A DNA stretch of 64,000 nt, taken from positions 22,126 through 86,125 of the forward strand of contig CAZABP010000011.1 in the NCBI GenBank assembly GCA_964483245.1, written 5' to 3'. This document shows, piece after piece, positions 61,561 through 64,000 of the stretch; position 1 is the stretch's first letter, and the number at the start of each line of letters is the position of its first letter. The DNA comes from an uncultured candidatus Brocadiaceae bacterium (GTDB lineage: Bacteria > Planctomycetota > UBA1135 > UBA2386). The notes beneath the pieces are model-generated. The model was not told where the DNA came from and ran no database searches. It was given only the letters and a program-made list of their open reading frames with translations. The position numbers were made by a program, and so were the translations under genes.

Positions 61561-62512
61561 GGTGCATCCGGCGGTCGATCCGCGCGTAGTGTGCGGCGCG
61601 CGGACCGGCGAAGTGCTCGCGCGACGCGGCACCGAGGAACATCCCGACCGCAGCCCACCGCGCGTAGCCGCGCGCCCAGCGGTGCAGCGCGCTGCGCTGC
61701 GGCTCCGACAGGCCGAGCTCGTCGACGACCTTCGCGTACTCGGCCCTCCCCCACTCGATCGCGGCGCGCAGCGCGTCGCGTGTCGGGATCAGCTGCAGCT
61801 CGAACAGCTCGCGCAGGTTCTGGTGGTCGCAGTAGATCCGTTTCCCCTCGTCGCGCGGCGTGCGGTTGTGGCTGTGCACGACGGCGCTCGCCGGGCGGAA
61901 CGCAATCGCTTCCCCACCCAGGATCACGCGCTTGCCGAACGCGACGTCCTCGCCGAACGGACGGCGGCCGAAGCGGTGCTGCGCCCAGGTCGTGCGCCGC
62001 ACGGCGCCGGCGACGTTGTCGTAGGCGCAGAGCTGCAGCCGCTGCAACGGCGGCAGCGCGTCGTATTCCTCTTGCGTCGCGCGCTGCAGGACCGGTTCGG
62101 TGCGCCCGGCGGTCCACTCGAGCAGCCGGCGGCGGATGAACGGATTGCAGTCGTCGCGCGGGATCTGCCGGCAGTACGCAGCACCGATCTCCGGATCGGC
62201 AAACGGCGCCACGAGCTCGTCGAGCCAGTGCTCGTCGGCGGGGACTGCGTCCTGCACCAGCAGCACGACGACGTCGCCGGTCGTGCGCTCGATCGCGAAG
62301 TCGCGCGTCGCCCCGTGGTCGAACTCCCGCTGCGGGATCACGTGCACCGTGAACCCATGCCGCTCGAGCAGCTCGCGTGTGCCATCGCGCGACGAGCTGT
62401 CGACGGCAACGCGCTCGAGCTCCTGCGCGCGCGGCTGCCGTTCGATCGCCGCCAGCGTCGCCGGCAGCTCCGCGGCGCCGTTCCAGGTCGGGATGACGAG
62501 GCTGAGCTTCAA
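61550..62512 (-). CDS. Family 2 glycosyltransferase
   Basis: MKLSLVIPTWNGAAELPATLAAIERQ...VAVDSSSRDGT...LLVQDAVP is the GT2 N-terminal pattern. Confidence 0.85.
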   Translation of the reverse strand: MKLSLVIPTWNGAAELPATLAAIERQPRAQELERVAVDSSSRDGTRELLERHGFTVHVIPQREFDHGATRDFAIERTTGDVVVLLVQDAVPADEHWLDELVAPFADPEIGAAYCRQIPRDDCNPFIRRRLLEWTAGRTEPVLQRATQEEYDALPPLQRLQLCAYDNVAGAVRRTTWAQHRFGRRPFGEDVAFGKRVILGGEAIAFRPASAVVHSHNRTPRDEGKRIYCDHQNLRELFELQLIPTRDALRAAIEWGRAEYAKVVDELGLSEPQRSALHRWARGYARWAAVGMFLGAASREHFAGPRAAHYARIDRRMHHGI

Positions 62513-62558
62513 CGACCTGCCAGAATGGCGCGACTTTTGGGGTCAGACCCCTCGAGTA

Positions 62559-63725
62559 TCACGCGATCGCGTCCTCACCGGTGATCTCCTTGCCGATGAT
62601 CAACGCATGGATGTCGTGCGTCCCCTCGTAGGTGTAGACCGACTCGAGGTTGCACATGTGGCGCATGACCTGGTACTCGTCGGTGATCCCGTTGGCGCCG
62701 AGGACGTCGCGCGCCATGCGGCAGATCTCGAGCGCGATCCAGCAGTTGTTGCGCTTGGCCAGCGAGACGTGGCTGTGGTGCAGCTTGCCGCTCTCCTTGA
62801 GACGGCCGAGCCGCCAGGCGAGCAGCTGCGCCTTGGTGATCTCGTTGACCATCCAGACCAGCTTGTTCTGCACGAGCTGGAAGCGCGCGATCGGGCGATC
62901 GAACTGGATCCGGTTCTTGGCGTAGTGCAGCACCTCGTCGTAGACCGCCATCGCGGCGCCGACGACGCCGTACGCGATCCCGAACCGCGCCTGGTTCAGG
63001 CACCCGAGCGGGCCGCGCAGCCCGTCCACGTTCGGTAGCAGGTTCCCGGCCGGGATCCTGCAGTCTTCGAACACCAGCTCGCTGGTCACCGACGCGCGCA
63101 GCGAGAACTTGTGCTTGATCTCGTTGGTGCGGTAGCCGGGCGTGCCGCGGTCGACCAGGAACCCGCGGATCACGCCATCCAGCTTGCCCCAGACGATCGC
63201 GACGTCAGCAATGCAGCCGTTCGTGATCCAGTACTTCGAGCCGTTCAGCACGTACTGGTTCCCGTCCTTGACGGCGCGCGTCAGCATCCCGCCCGGGTTG
63301 CTGCCGTAGTCCGCCTCGGTCAGCCCGAAGCAGCCGATGATCTCCCCCTTCGCCATCTTCGGCAGGTAGCGCTGCTTCTGCTGTTCGCTGCCGTACGCAT
63401 GGATCGGGTACATGCACAGCGACCCCTGCACCGACACGAACGACCGCAGCCCGCTGTCCCCGCGCTCGAGCTCCTGGAGGATCAACCCGTACGCACTCGG
63501 CGTCAGCCCGGCGCAGCCGTACCCCTGCAGACTTGCCCCGAGCACACCGAGCTCGGCCAGTTGCGGCACCAGGTGCTGCGGGAACTTCGCGGCGCGGTTG
63601 TGCTCCTCGATGATCGGCATGAACTCGGTCTGCACCCACTCGCGGACCGTGTCGCGGACCATGCGCTCCTCTTCGCTGAAGAGTTCCTCGGTCTGGAAGA
63701 AGTCGACGCCCTTGAATCTGCGCAT
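62559..63725 (-). CDS. gcdH: Glutaryl-CoA dehydrogenase (acyl-CoA dehydrogenase family)
   Basis: Full-length ACAD pattern with GcdH-like features (CFGLTEADYGSNPGGMLTRA, YWITNG, YTYEGTHDIHALIIGKEITG). Confidence 0.88.
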   Translation of the reverse strand: MRRFKGVDFFQTEELFSEEERMVRDTVREWVQTEFMPIIEEHNRAAKFPQHLVPQLAELGVLGASLQGYGCAGLTPSAYGLILQELERGDSGLRSFVSVQGSLCMYPIHAYGSEQQKQRYLPKMAKGEIIGCFGLTEADYGSNPGGMLTRAVKDGNQYVLNGSKYWITNGCIADVAIVWGKLDGVIRGFLVDRGTPGYRTNEIKHKFSLRASVTSELVFEDCRIPAGNLLPNVDGLRGPLGCLNQARFGIAYGVVGAAMAVYDEVLHYAKNRIQFDRPIARFQLVQNKLVWMVNEITKAQLLAWRLGRLKESGKLHHSHVSLAKRNNCWIALEICRMARDVLGANGITDEYQVMRHMCNLESVYTYEGTHDIHALIIGKEITGEDAIA

Positions 63726-63802
63726 GTCGTCTGTCGCCTGTCGCCGCAGCGGCGGGCGCCGCAGGATAGGGGGGGCCGCGCAGCGCCGCTATCCTGCGCG
63801 TG

Positions 63803-64000
63803 ATGCCGGAGTCACCCGACACGCGCCGCTGCACGCTCTGCGGACACCCGCTGCACGGCGGTGGTTGCGACGCCTGCGGCGGCGGTCTGGTCGATCCGAT
63901 CTCGCACGAGCCGATCCAGCCGCGACGCGGCTTGTTCCTGTTCGATCTGCTGCACGGGTTCTGGCTGTTCTGGCGCGGAGCCCTGCTGCTGTTCCACCGG
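63803..64000 (+). CDS. Partial ORF: zinc-ribbon N-terminus followed by membrane segment (runs off the right edge)
   Basis: Own translation: MPESPDTRRCTLCGHPLHGGGCDACGGGLVDPISHEPIQPRRGLFLFDLLHGFWLFWRGALLLFH. CxxC...CxxC then a hydrophobic stretch. Not in the ORF track (no stop in window). Confidence 0.4.
   Translation, partial: MPESPDTRRCTLCGHPLHGGGCDACGGGLVDPISHEPIQPRRGLFLFDLLHGFWLFWRGALLLFHR

Noticed and set aside
62533-62547. Hairpin ggggtcagacccc between the gcdH stop and the GT2 start as a terminator
   Set aside because: The stem would leave a very small loop. On the transcribed (minus) strand it is followed by an A-tract, not a U-tract, so it does not fit an intrinsic terminator.

Overview
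High-GC (~70%) chromosomal window from a diderm bacterium. kdsB and an Omp85-type barrel are present. The gene content (DUF1549/DUF1553-DUF1501-PSCyt1 trio, several prepilin-like N-termini, giant Kelch/HEAT/TPR proteins) suggests a Planctomycetota/PVC-like lineage; this is inference only. About 55 coding genes, 2 tRNAs and several repeat families are supportable. The left 5.1 kb is the right end of an integrative island (tyrosine integrase, excisionase-like HTH, CHC2/Toprim primase, DUF3987 helicase-like protein, one orphan cargo gene). It is inserted at the 3' end of tRNA-Arg(ACG), and its other end lies outside the window. The rest is mostly core metabolism and regulation: pabBC, crotonase, two cyclophilins, thiolase, HD-GYP, ClC channel, cls, kdsB-pyrG, gcdH, two ECF sigma modules and a 1515-aa double hybrid kinase. 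Interspersed are less ordinary items. (1) An orphan three-gene pseudopilin-like operon with a 1137-aa pilin-anchored giant and no assembly machinery. (2) A cls-EEP operon extended by a 1657-aa TPR protein with an embedded papain/C39-like peptidase domain. (3) A 166-bp palindromic MITE-like element in two inverted copies bracketing a secreted cyclophilin gene. (4) A ~90-110 bp module conserved downstream of both tRNAs, one copy being the arm next to the integrase. (5) A 36-bp tandem repeat plus an inverted copy bracketing a small lipoprotein gene. (6) An NtrC-family response regulator whose AAA+ ATPase core is cleanly missing in frame. (7) A ~100-bp strand-asymmetric C-run/G-run tract. No CRISPR array, rRNA, transposase or recognised defence system was seen. 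The ORF track's many long antisense ORFs are treated as high-GC artefacts. All domain calls come from motif recognition by eye; no database searches were run.
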